From: Anolis carolinensis
Taxonomy: Eukaryota
Reading direction: 5' to 3'
Assembly: GCF_035594765.1 (NCBI RefSeq)
Contig: NW_026943819.1
Location: 1,240,001 to 1,304,000, forward strand
Length of the DNA stretch: 64,000 nucleotides
The position numbers and the translations under genes were made by a program. The notes below the pieces were generated by a model, which did not search any database, was not told the DNA's origin, and worked only from the letters and a program-made list of their open reading frames with translations. Numbering within the stretch: position 1 is the stretch's first letter; every line of letters starts with the position of its first letter. This document shows, piece after piece, positions 15,601 to 26,657 of this stretch.

Positions 15601-15794
15601 TCATAACCTCGCTGTTTTTAATTCCATGTTTTATTAAGTGTGTTTTTATTTCTAGGAGTTAATGTTTAAATTTTATAATTTGTGTATGTTTTTGCTTATT
15701 GATGTATTGTATATTGTTATTGTTTTTATCTGGTATTATCTGTGAGACGCCCCAAGTCACCTTCGGGGGAGATGGAGGCGGGGTATAAATAAAC

Positions 15795-15846
<52 letters not shown>

Positions 15847-17543
15847 GAGAAGGGAGGAGGAGGAGGAATAAGAAGGAAGGATAGAAGGAGACCACAAGAC
15901 GAAGGGGGGGAGGATAAGAAGAAGACCATAAGAAGAGGAGGAGGAATAAGAAAAAGGAAGAATGGAAGGAGACCACAAAAAGATGAAGATGAGGGAGAAG
16001 AAGGAAGAGGAAGAAAGGAGACCATACGAAGATTAGGAGGACGAATAAGAAGGAAGGAAGGAAAAAAGAGGAAGGAGAAGAAGGAAAGAAGGAAGGGGAT
16101 CAAAAGAAGAAGAGGAGGACGAGGAGGAGGAGGAATAAGGAAAGAAGCCAGATAACCTTCCCACCTTCTCCAACTGACTCTTTGGTGCCAGAGCTAAGAG
16201 GGAGTCAAGAAGAGAGTTCCATCTTGTCTCTTTACATCAGCTGGAGGCCTCTCCCTCCAATAACATGCTATGCTACGTAGTTTTATATATATATATATAT
16301 ATATAACTACGTCAGGGGGAAACCATATATATATATATATATATATATATGGTTTTCCCCTGACGTTAAGTCCAGTCGTGAACGACTCTGGGGGTTGGTG
16401 CTCATCTCCATTTCTAAGCTGAAGAGTCAGCGTTGTCCATAGACATCTCCAGGTCATGTGGCCACAGGCATGACTACATGGAGTGCCATTACCTTCCCGC
16501 CGGAGCGGTACCTATTTATCTACTCACATTTGCATGTTTTCGAACTGCAAGGTTGGCAGGAGCTGGGGCTAACTGCAAGAGCTCATTCCGCTCCCGGGAT
16601 TTGAACCTGGGACCTTTCAGTCTGCAAGTTCAGCAGCTCAGCACTTTAACACACTGTGCCACCAGGGGCCCCAATACAATAATATATAATAATAATAATA
16701 ACATATTGTATTGTACATATACTATTCATAATATTATATTGTAATATGATATAATACTAATAATACAATATAATAATAGTACAGTAGAGTCTCACTTATC
16801 CAACACTCGCTTATCCAACATTCTGGATTATCCAATGCATTTTTAGAGTCAATGTTTTCAATATATCGTGATATTTTGGTGCTAAATTCATAAATACAGT
16901 AATTACTACATAGCATTACTACATATAGAACTACCTTTTCTGCCAAATTTGTTGTTTAACATGATGTTTTGGTGCTTCATTTGTAAAATCATAACCTAAT
17001 TTGATGTTTAATAGGCTTTTCCTTAATGCCTCCTTATTATCCAACATATTTGCTTATCCTACATTCTGCCGGCCCGTTTACGTTGGATAAGTGAGACTCT
17101 ACTGTAATACAATATAATAATAGTAATTATATATTCTATTTTATATGTAATATTACTAATAATATTACAATATATTGATATAATACAATATTGTAATTTA
17201 TTGCCTGTATTGTGCTATGCTAATAATATCATACTGTATGTAAATTTAATTTGTAAGCCGCTCTGAGTCCCCTTCGGGGTGAGAAGGGCGGCCTATAAAT
17301 GTAGCAAATAAATAATAATAAATAACGGAGAATACAAGAAAAAGAAGGAAGGACGGAGAGCAGAAGAAGATGAAGAGGAGGAGGGATAAGAAGGAAGGAA
17401 GGAAGGGTCCTTGCTTTGTGGGCGAGGCGGGCCAGTGTCCCCCGGAGGCGGCGCTGGTGCCCGGCGCTGAAGTGGTGCCTCCTGCGGCCCACGAAGGCGC
17501 TGCGCCCGCACAGGCCGCACCGGAAGACCGGCCCCTCCGCCAT
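9688..17543 (-). CDS. CENATAC: Centrosomal AT-AC splicing factor (CCDC84), 11 exons: 17415-17543, 14159-14325, 13165-13263, 12252-12318, 12104-12166, 11534-11601, 11237-11387, 10894-10924, 10576-10665, 10320-10452, 9688-9754
   Basis: Two N-terminal zinc-finger-like motifs (CGLC...HFSAGH; WCACC...[12 protein letters not shown]), [48 protein letters not shown] and [21 protein letters not shown] match CENATAC/CCDC84. Exons sum to 1065 nt (354 aa), in frame. The intron 1 donor appears to be GC. Confidence 0.94.
16311..16670 (-). mobile_element. Sauria SINE in CENATAC intron 1
   Basis: Reverse-complement match to the 7402-7735 copy. Confidence 0.8.
16782..17104. mobile_element. About 323-bp Tc1/mariner-type MITE (TIR CAGTAGAGTCTCACTTATCCAA, TA flanks); representative of about 15 copies
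   Basis: TIRs and TA duplication are visible. Other copies at about 4553-4690, 6848-7078, 13508-13851, 19881-20671 (interrupted), 27539-27730, 28032-28354, 28931-29253, 29994-30316, 36318-36645, 36862-37174, 37357-37679, 42055-42376, 42626-42948, 58277-58548 and 63036-63358. Confidence 0.85.
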
Positions 17544-17775
17544 CTTGGCCCCGAGGCCTCCCTCCGCGCAACAACAACAACAACAACACCCTCCGCTCAC
17601 TTCCGCCGGCCATTTTGAGCGAGCGGGAGCGGAAGTGAGGCGAAGGCCGCGCGGCGTTTGTCTCCTGAGCTTCCGAGCGCGCGCGCCCTCTGCCGGCCCT
17701 CCCGGGGGTTGCGGGGTGACGTCACCGCTGCCCCTGCAGCCAGGCAAAGCAGGGCAAGCGAGCCACGCCAATGGA
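17544..17775 (-). promoter_or_regulatory. CENATAC CpG-island promoter/5'UTR: CRE palindrome GGTGACGTCACC (17715-17726), ETS sites (17598-17605, 17630-17637), YY1-like motifs, short (TTG)n tract
   Basis: Motifs read directly from the GC/CpG-rich sequence upstream of the ATG. Confidence 0.7.
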
Positions 17776-17779
17776 ACCA

Positions 17780-19180
17780 GATTCAGGAAACAGATTCACC
17801 AATAATATATATTCAGGAAAATATTCACCAAGAATATATATTCAGGAAAATATTCAGGAAAATATTCACCAAGAATATATTCAGGAAAATATTCAGGAAA
17901 ATATTCACCAAAAATATATTCAGGAAAATATTCAGAAAAATATTCACCAAGAATATATTAAGGAAAATATTCAGAAAAAATATTCACCAATAATATATAT
18001 TCAGGAAAATATTCAGAAAAATATTCACCAAGAATATATTAAGGAAAATATTTACCAATAATATATATTCAGGAAAATATTCAGAAAAATATTCACCAAT
18101 AATATATATTCAGGAAAATATTCAGAAAAATATTCACCAAAAATATATTCAGGAAAATATTCAAAAAAATATTCACCAAAAATATATTCAGGAAAATATT
18201 CAGAAAAATATTCACCAAGAATATATTCAGGAAAATATTCACCAATAATATATATTCAGGAAAATATTCAGAAAAATATTCACCAAGAATATATTCAGGA
18301 AAATATTAAGAAAAATATTCACCAAGAATATATTCAGGAAAATATTCAGGAAAATATTCACCAAGAATATATTAAGGAAAATATTCAGAAAAATATTCAC
18401 CAATAATATATATTCAGGAAAATATTCAGAAAAATATTCACCAAAAATATATTCAGGAAAATATTCAGAAAAATATTCACCAATAATATATATTCAGGAA
18501 AATATTCAGAAATATATTCACCAAAAATATATTCAGGAAAATATTCAGAAAAATATTCACCAATAATATATATTCAGGAAAATATTCAGAAAAATATTCA
18601 CCAAGAATATATTCAGGAAAATATTCAGAAAAATATTCACCAATAATATATATTCAAGAAAATATTCAGAAAAATATTCACCAAAAATATATTCAGGAAA
18701 ATATTCAGAAAAATATTCACCAATAATATATATTCAAGAAAATATTCAGAAAAATATTCACCAAAAATATATTCAGGAAAATATTCAGAAAAATATTTGC
18801 AAAAATACCTTCAGGAAAATGTTTGCAAATAAATATTCAGAAAAGTATTTGCAGAAATAACTTCAGAAAAATATTAGCAAACAAATATTCAGAAAAATAT
18901 TTGCAGAAATGCCTTCAAAAAAATATTTGCAAATAATATCTTTATAAAAAAAATATTCACAAAAATTTCTTTATTAAAAAAAATCAGAGAAATATTCACA
19001 AAAAATATCTCCAGAAAAATATTGCAAAAATATATTCCAAAAATGTTAACAAAATATTCGCAAAAATATTAAGAAAAATATTTGCAAAAATACCTTCATA
19101 AAAATATTTGCAAAAATATCTTTCAGAAAAGTATTTGCAGAAATATATTCAGAAACATGTATTTGCAGAAATGTTCACAA
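17780..19180. repeat. AT-rich minisatellite of about 12-13-bp subunits (ATATTCAGGAAA/ATATTCACCAA) forming about 38-bp units that degenerate towards the right
   Basis: Direct inspection of tandem periodicity. Confidence 0.9.
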
Positions 19181-19203
19181 ACACCAGGCGTGGCTTGAAA
19201 GCA

Positions 19204-19209
19204 TTTATT
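19204..19209 (-). terminator. FOXR1 polyadenylation signal (AATAAA on minus strand)
   Basis: TTTATT on plus, about 315 nt after the stop, preceded by U-rich sequence on the transcript. Confidence 0.65.
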
Positions 19210-19524
19210 GTGCAAGGATTTCCTCCAAAAAATAATTCCCCAAAAAGAAGAAAATTATTAAAGTAAATCCCGAGAGGCACTTAGGCAGGCAAGGCGCTCT
19301 TTCTTCAAAGCGCCTTTGGCCAGTGGTTGAGCGCAGCTGCCCCTTCCCGCAGGGGTTGCTCAGCCCGGTCCTGCACGACGGCAGTTGTCCTCACCCCGTC
19401 TGGGCCGCCAGGGCCCTTGGAACGTCCCTGCACTACAACTCCCAGCAGCCGCACATCTGCCGGGCAGAAGGAAGGCCCTGCTTTCACCAACAGCTTCCTT
19501 CTGGATTCATGTACAACATGCGGC

Positions 19525-22500
19525 TCAGAGACCAAAGAGGGGCCTCAAGAGCTCTGGAGGGAGAAGAGGAAGGAGAAGGTCAAGGAGAGGGACAGAGAGA
19601 TCATCCAGCCCAGCCCTTTCTGTCCAATAATGGAAGAACACCATCTAAGCCCTCCCAACAGATGTCCACCCGGCTTCTGCATTGGAGCAGGTGCCGCCTG
19701 ACTCTCAGGCAGCAACAGGTTCCAATGACTTGCAATGTTAAAACACTCTTTTCCTGCAGAAGGGCTTTACTCAGAGGAGTCAGCACCTGGGAGAGGTGCA
19801 CCAGGGCATATGCAGAGTGCCAGGGAAATATTACTATTATTATGTTATTATTATGCTACTATTATTCTACTATTATGTTACAGTAGAGTCCTGCTTATCC
19901 AACCTTCACTTATCCAACATTCTGTATTATCCAACGCAGTTTGCCTTTTAGAAGTCAACTAGCTGTGCCCAGCAACGCATTGCTGTGGCAAAGTGGTGGT
20001 GGTATTGGTTAAAAATGGTTGTGGAATTTTTATTTGATGTTATTTGCAATTTTTTATTAATTTTATTGTAAGTTATATTTTTATTTATTATATTTTATTA
20101 TTTTCTTGTATTATTTAGTTATTTTCTGTTATTATAGTATTTTATTGCATTAATGTTTAGTGTTTTTTATTATTTTTTATTGGGTTGCTAGGAGACCAAG
20201 TTGGAGGAGCTTAGCCTTCTAACTGGCAGCAATTGGATAAAAGCAATTATTCCTCTCCCTGTAATTAGGACTTTTTCTTTTCTTTTTGTTGTATCAACCT
20301 AGAGCCGTGGATGATGGGTTGTGTTGTCAAATTTCGAGGTTGGGGGGCCTGTAGTTTTGTTGTTTTGTGGGTCACCGTGATGCCATCACTCTTTTATATA
20401 TATAGATGTTTTTGTAGTCAATTTTGCAATACATTGCGAAGTTTTGGTACTAAATTCGTACCTACAGTAATTATTACATAATGTTATCATGTATGGAATG
20501 GCTTTTTCTGTCCATTTGTTGTAAAACATGTTATTTTGGTGCTTAATTTGTAAAATCATAGCATAATTTGACATTTAATAGGCTTTTCCTTAATCACTCC
20601 TTATTATCCAACATATTTGCTTATCCAACATTCTGCCGGCCTGTTTATGTTAGATAAGTGAGACTCTACTGTACTAACATGTTACTATCACATTGTTACT
20701 CTGTTACTATTAACACATTACTATCACATTGCTACTGTTACTACTATGTCACTACTAACACATTACTATCACATTGCTACTGTTACTACTATGTCACTAC
20801 TAACACATTACTATCACATTGCTACTCTTTTACTACTATGTTACTAACACATTACTATCACATTGCTACTCTTTTACTACTATGTTACTACTAATACATT
20901 ACTATCACCTTGTTACTATGTTACTACTTTGTTACTACTACATTACTACTATGTTACTATTGTGTTACTATTACCACGCCTGCTCTATTCTGCACCCTGA
21001 ACTCTGTCCTGATGTGCTATCAATATAGATATACTGTACAGACATTAAGAGCAAAGGGGGGCAAGTGGAGGCGAGCCTCCGTGCGCACCGGGTCGGTCCA
21101 TGCTCTGGTGCACGAGGCCCATCTGGTCGGTGGGCAGTGCCTGGGCCTCCTCCCGGAACCGGCGCCGTCCCTCCGAGGTCAGCCGCCAGAGCCGGGACTT
21201 GCGGCTCCCCTCCAGGCAGACAAAGTCCGTGGTCTTCTCGAAGCTGCTGCTGAAGCAGAGGTTGTGCCGGACCGTGTTCTTCCAGCCCTCGGGAGCCGTC
21301 CGGAAGAAGGGGAAGTGCTGCCTGCCGGACAGACAGACAGACAGACAGACAGAGAGGGACAACAAGGGCCCTGCCTTCCTCATGGGGCCAGGAGGCCGGG
21401 CGGGGGGCTCAGACACCTCCGTGGAGTCCTAGAGCGGGAAGGGGCCCCAGAGGACATCCAGCCCAGCCCCCCAAGATGGATGGATGGATGCGTTGATAGA
21501 CAGACAGACAGACATGGGTGGGTAGGTGGATGATAGAATCCTAGAGTTGGAAGGTGCCCCAGAGAACATCCAGTCCAACCATCTTAGATAGATAGATAGA
21601 TAAATAGATAGGGATGGATAATGTAATCCTAGAGTTGGAAGGGGTCCCCAGAGGACATCCAATTCAACCCCCTAAGATAGATAGATAGCGATGGATGGAT
21701 AATGGATGGATGGATACGTTGATAGACAGACAGACAGACAGACATGGATATGGATGGATAATGGAATCCTAGAGTTGGAAGGTGCCCCAGAGGACATCCA
21801 GTCCAACCCTCTAAGATAGATATTTATTTATTTATTTATTTCCAGAATTTATACCCCGCCCTTCTCACCCGGGGGGACTCAGGGCGGCTTACACAGTTGG
21901 CATAGATAGAGGATAGGTAGGATAGATAAATTATAGGAATCCTAGAGTTGGGACACCAGGAGGCCAAGCAACCCAACCCGCTAAGATAGATAGATAGATA
22001 GATAGAAGACAGAAAGCTAGAACTGGTAGGAAGCCCCAGAAATCATCCCATCCAACCCCCTAAGATACATAGACAGATAGGGATAGAAAGACAAAGATGA
22101 CGTAGACACAGACAGATGATTGATAGATAGATGACTGAATTCGAGACTTGGCGAGGGCTCCCAAGGGCCGTCCAGTCCAGCCCCCTAAGAGAGATCCCAG
22201 GCAGACAGAGACAGGTGGGCCCAGGGTACCTGGTGAACTGGTAGATCTCCTGGACGGTGAGGCTGCTGTCCACGCTGCTGCGGAGGGCCAGGCTGATGAG
22301 GATGCAGTAGTTGAGCGGGGGCCGCGGCCACTCCCCTTGGGTCCGCTTCAGCCGCCGGCCGTGGGACCGGAAGGCCTGGGGCTTCTTGGGCTTCGGGGCG
22401 GGGGCGTCCAGGCCCCCCGGGGCCTTTGGGGGACCCCCAGGGCCCGCCCCAGAGGGAGCCTGCAATGCCAAGGAGAACGGTGAGCCCTGGAAGGCCTTCG

Positions 22501-25500
22501 GGGGCCAAGCAGGGGCCAGAGCTGCCCATCCTCATTCAGAAACACCCTTTGGGTCACTTCAAACTGGGCAGTGGGTGGGTGGATGGATGGATAGATAGAC
22601 AAGACAGACAGATGGATAGATAGATAGAGGTCTCCTAGAGTTGGAAGGGATCCCCAGAGGCCATCCAGTCCAGCCACCTAAGGTGGATGAATGGAAGCAT
22701 AGATAGACAGATAGATAAGACAGACAGACATGGATGGATGGATGGATGGATGGATGGAAGGATTGATGGATAGACATGGATGGAAGGATAGACATGGATG
22801 GATGGATTGAAGGATTGAAGGATTGATGGATAGACATTGATGGATAGACATGGATGGAAGGATTGATAGACATGGATGGATGGATGGATTGATGGATAGA
22901 CATGGATGGATGGATGGAAGGATTGGTGGATAGATATGGATGGATGGATGGATGGATGGATAAGACAGACAGACATGGTTGGATAGATGATACAATCCTG
23001 GAGTTGGAAGGGATCCCCAGAGGCCATCCAGTCCAACCAGCTAAGAAGAATGAGTGGATAGATTGATAGAATATTATTAATACTATTATTATTATTATGA
23101 AGAATACCTTCTCTGCTTCACCAGCAGCAGACACGACTGGGTCCTTCTGGGTGCCATCTGGGTCGGAGGGCGGCTCCTGGGGGTCTGCAGGAGGGGCGTC
23201 GCCAGGCGGGGAAGGGGTCTCCGGCACAGAGAAGACCCTCCCGGGGATGGGGCAGACCTTGTTGGGGTCAACCCACATCCACAAATGGGGCTTCACCTCG
23301 GTCCCTGGTAGGAAGGAAGGCAAAGAGGACCCTCAACATCTCCCCGGAAGCCCCCTCCCCAAAATCGTGAGCCCCTGCACTTACTGTGAGCATCCTTTCC
23401 CTCGTCCTTGGGCCTTTCCGGCTGCCTGCCTCCCTCTGGGGCGGCCAGAGAAGCGAGACCTGCGGACAGAGGGGGGGCAAAGGGGGTCTGTCAATGGGGC
23501 AGGGACCCCCACCCCAATGCCCTGCTCTCTTTGCTCAAACTTGGGCCCTCCCTCCCTCCCTCCAGGCCTTGGGCTTCCACTCCCATCATTCCTAACAGCC
23601 AGTAGGAGTGAGCTGGAGGGCTGAAGTTTGCCCATGCCTGCCTTGGAGAGATATAGTTTGGAGAAACACCACCCCATTAAGAGGAGGGTAAAGACTTTGT
23701 GGGACTTCAGCTCCCAGGATTCTTATAGCATCGAGCTGTGGCAGAAATAGAGGTCTCAAACTGCATTAATTCCCCAGTAAGGATGCAATTTAGTTCTGAA
23801 GGACTGGATGGAGCCATGGCAGCAATATAGGTCTCAAACTGCATTAATTCTCCAATACAGATGCATCCCAGTTCTGCAGGACTCCTATAGCATGGAAGAG
23901 TGGCAACTATAGAGGTCTCAAACTGTACTAATTCTCCAATGTAGATGCATCCTAGTTCTGCAACACTGTGTCTCCTGGGATTCCTATATAGTATGGAGCC
24001 ACGGTATCTATAGAAGTCTCAAACTGCATTAATTCCCCAATACAGATGTATTATGGTTCTGCAACACTGTGTCTCCCAGGATTCCTATATAGTATGGAGC
24101 CATGGCAGCAATATAGGTCTCAAACTGCATTAATTCTCCAATACAGATGCATCCCATTTCTGCAGGACTCCTATAGCATGGAGGAATGGAAACTATAGAG
24201 GTCCCAAACTGTATTAATTCTCCAATGTAGATGCATCCTAGTTCTGCAGCACTGTGTCTCCTGGGATTCCTATATAGTACGGAGCCACGGTATCTATAGA
24301 AGTCTCAAACTGCATTAATTCCCCAATACAGATGTATTATAGTTCTGCAACACTGTGTCTCCCAGGATTCCTATATAGTATGGAGCCATGGTAGCTAATG
24401 AGGTCCCAAACTGCATTAATTCTCCAATACAGATGCATCCCATTTCTGCAGGACTCCTATAGCATGGAGGAATGGAAACTATAGAGGTCCCAAACTGTAT
24501 TAATTCTCCAATGTAGATGCATCCTAGTTCTGCAGCACTGTGTCTCCTGGGATTCCTATATAGTACGGAGCCACGGTATCTATAGAAGTCTCAAACTGCA
24601 TTAATTCCCCAATACAGATGTATTATAGTTCTGCAACACTGTGTCTCCCAGGATTCCTATATAGTATGGAGCCATGGTAGCTAATGAGGTCCCAAACTGC
24701 ATTAATTCTCCAATACAGATGCATCCCATTTCTGCAGGACTCCTATAGCATGGAGGAATGGAAACTATAGAGGTCCCAAACTGTATTAATTCTCCAATGT
24801 AGATGCATCCTAGTTCTGCAGCACTGTGTCTCCTGGGATTCCTATATAGTACGGAGCCACGGTATCTATAGAAGTCTCAAACTGCATTAATTCCCCAATA
24901 CAGATGTATTATGGTTCTGCAACACTGTGTCTCCCAGGATTCCTATATAGTACGGAGCCACGGTATCTATAGAAGTCTCAAACTGCATTAATTCCCCAAT
25001 ACAGATGTATTATAGTTCTGCAACACTGTGTCTCCCAGGATTCCTATATAGTATGGAGCCATGGTAGCTAATGAGGTCCCAAACTGCATTAATTCTCCAA
25101 TACAGATGCATCCCATTTCTGCAGGACTCCTATAGCATGGAGGAATGGAAACTATAGAGGTCCCAAACTGTATTAATTCTCCAATGTAGATGCATCCTAG
25201 TTCTGCAGCACTGTGTCTCCTGGGATTCCTATATAGTACGGAGCCACGGTATCTATAGAAGTCTCAAACTGCATTAATTCCCCAATACAGATGTATTATA
25301 GTTCTGCAACACTGTGTCTCCCAGGATTCCTATATAGTATGGAGCCATGGTAGCTAATGAGGTCCCAAACTGCATTAATTCTCCAATACAGATGCATCCC
25401 ATTTCTGCAGGACTCCTATAGCATGGAGGAATGGAAACTATAGAGGTCCCAAACTGTATTAATTCTCCAATGTAGATGCATCCTAGTTCTGCAGCACTGT

Positions 25501-26657
25501 GTCTCCTGGGATTCCTATATAGTACGGAGCCACGGTATCTATAGAAGTCTCAAACTGCATTAATTCCCCAATACAGATGTATTATAGTTCTGCAACACTG
25601 TGTCTCCCAGGATTCCTATATAGTATGGAGCCATGGTAGCTAATGAGGTCCCAAACTGCATTAATTCTCCAATACAGATGCATCCCATTTCTGCAGGACT
25701 CCTATAGCATGGAGGAATGGAAACTATAGAGGTCCCAAACTGTATTAATTCTCCAATGTAGATGCATCCTAGTTCTGCAGCACTGTGTCTCCTGGGATTC
25801 CTATATAGTACGGAGCCACGGTATCTATAGAAGTCTCAAACTGCATTAATTCCCCAATACAGATGTATTATGGTTCTGCAACACTGTGTCTCCCAGGATT
25901 CCTATATAGTACGGAGCCACGGTATCTATAGAAGTCTCAAACTGCATTAATTCCCCAATACAGATGTATTATAGTTCTGCAACACTGTGTCTCCCAGGAT
26001 TCCTATATAGTATGGAGCCATGGTAGCTAATGAGGTCCCAAACTGCATTAATTCTCCAATACAGATGCATCCCATTTCTGCAGGACTCCTATAGCATGGA
26101 GGAATGGAAACTATAGAGGTCCCAAACTGTATTAATTCTCCAATGTAGATGCATCCTAGTTCTGCAGCACTGTGTCTCCTGGGATTCCTATATAGTACGG
26201 AGCCACGGTATCTATAGAAGTCTCAAACTGCATTAATTCCCCAATACAGATGTATTATGGTTCTGCAACACTGTGTCTCCCAGGATTCCTATATAGTATG
26301 GAGCCATGGTAGCTAATGAGGTCCCAAACTGCATTAATTCCCCAATGTAGGTGCATCCTCTAGCATGGAGGAGTGGCAGCAAGACAGGTCTCAAACTGCA
26401 TCAATCCCCCAGTGTGGATGCAGCCTGCTCCTTCCCTTCCCTCTCACTCTTGCCATGCTCAGGGGCACCTCGGGCGCCAGGCCAAGGGGGCGGGGCTGAG
26501 GACCCCAGAGGCCATCCAGCCGGGCCCCTTCCCCCCAGCGTGAGTCACCTTGGGGCGGGGGTCCCAGGCCCAGCTCCGCGGCCATGTCCCAGTCGAGGAG
26601 GCCGCTCCGGAGGTGGAGGCTGGCCCAGAAAGCCCGGCAAGGCAGGTGAAGCTCCAT
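19525..26657 (-). CDS. FOXR1: Forkhead box R1 (FoxN5), 6 exons: 26549-26657, 23385-23459, 23108-23304, 22230-22459, 21089-21321, 19525-19553
   Basis: N-terminal [26 protein letters not shown] motif, forkhead domain [19 protein letters not shown]...IYQFTR|[29 protein letters not shown]...[12 protein letters not shown] and C-terminal ELLRPLFGL*. 873 nt in frame (290 aa), syntenic position. Exon 2 and the exon 4 acceptor were inferred from splice signals and phase. Confidence 0.9.
19959..20406 (-). mobile_element. Non-autonomous Helitron inserted into a MITE
   Basis: The minus strand begins TC (TCTATATATATAAAAG) and ends CTAG, preceded by the hairpin CAGCAA-tgcg-TTGCTG. It sits between A and T with no TSD, and removing it restores the host MITE sequence AGTCAA|TGTTTT. 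Confidence 0.8.
21428..23045 (-). repeat. About 9 short CR1-like 3'-end fragments interleaved with (GGAT)n/(AGAT)n/(AGAC)n microsatellites in FOXR1 introns 3-4
   Basis: Recurring CCTAGAGTTGGAAGG..CCCCAGAGG.CATCCAGTCCAACC units between tetranucleotide tracts. Confidence 0.7.
23700..26420. repeat. Higher-order satellite in FOXR1 intron 1 (about 85-101-bp monomers; 286-bp and 387-bp higher-order units)
   Basis: Marker GTAGCTAATG recurs at 24391, 24677, 25064, 25350, 25636, 26023 and 26309. Confidence 0.9.

Noticed and set aside
22460-22563. Alternative FOXR1 exon 4 acceptor at 22563
   Set aside because: It is 104 nt upstream, out of frame with the forkhead domain, and stops at 22348. The acceptor at 22459 fits the phase.
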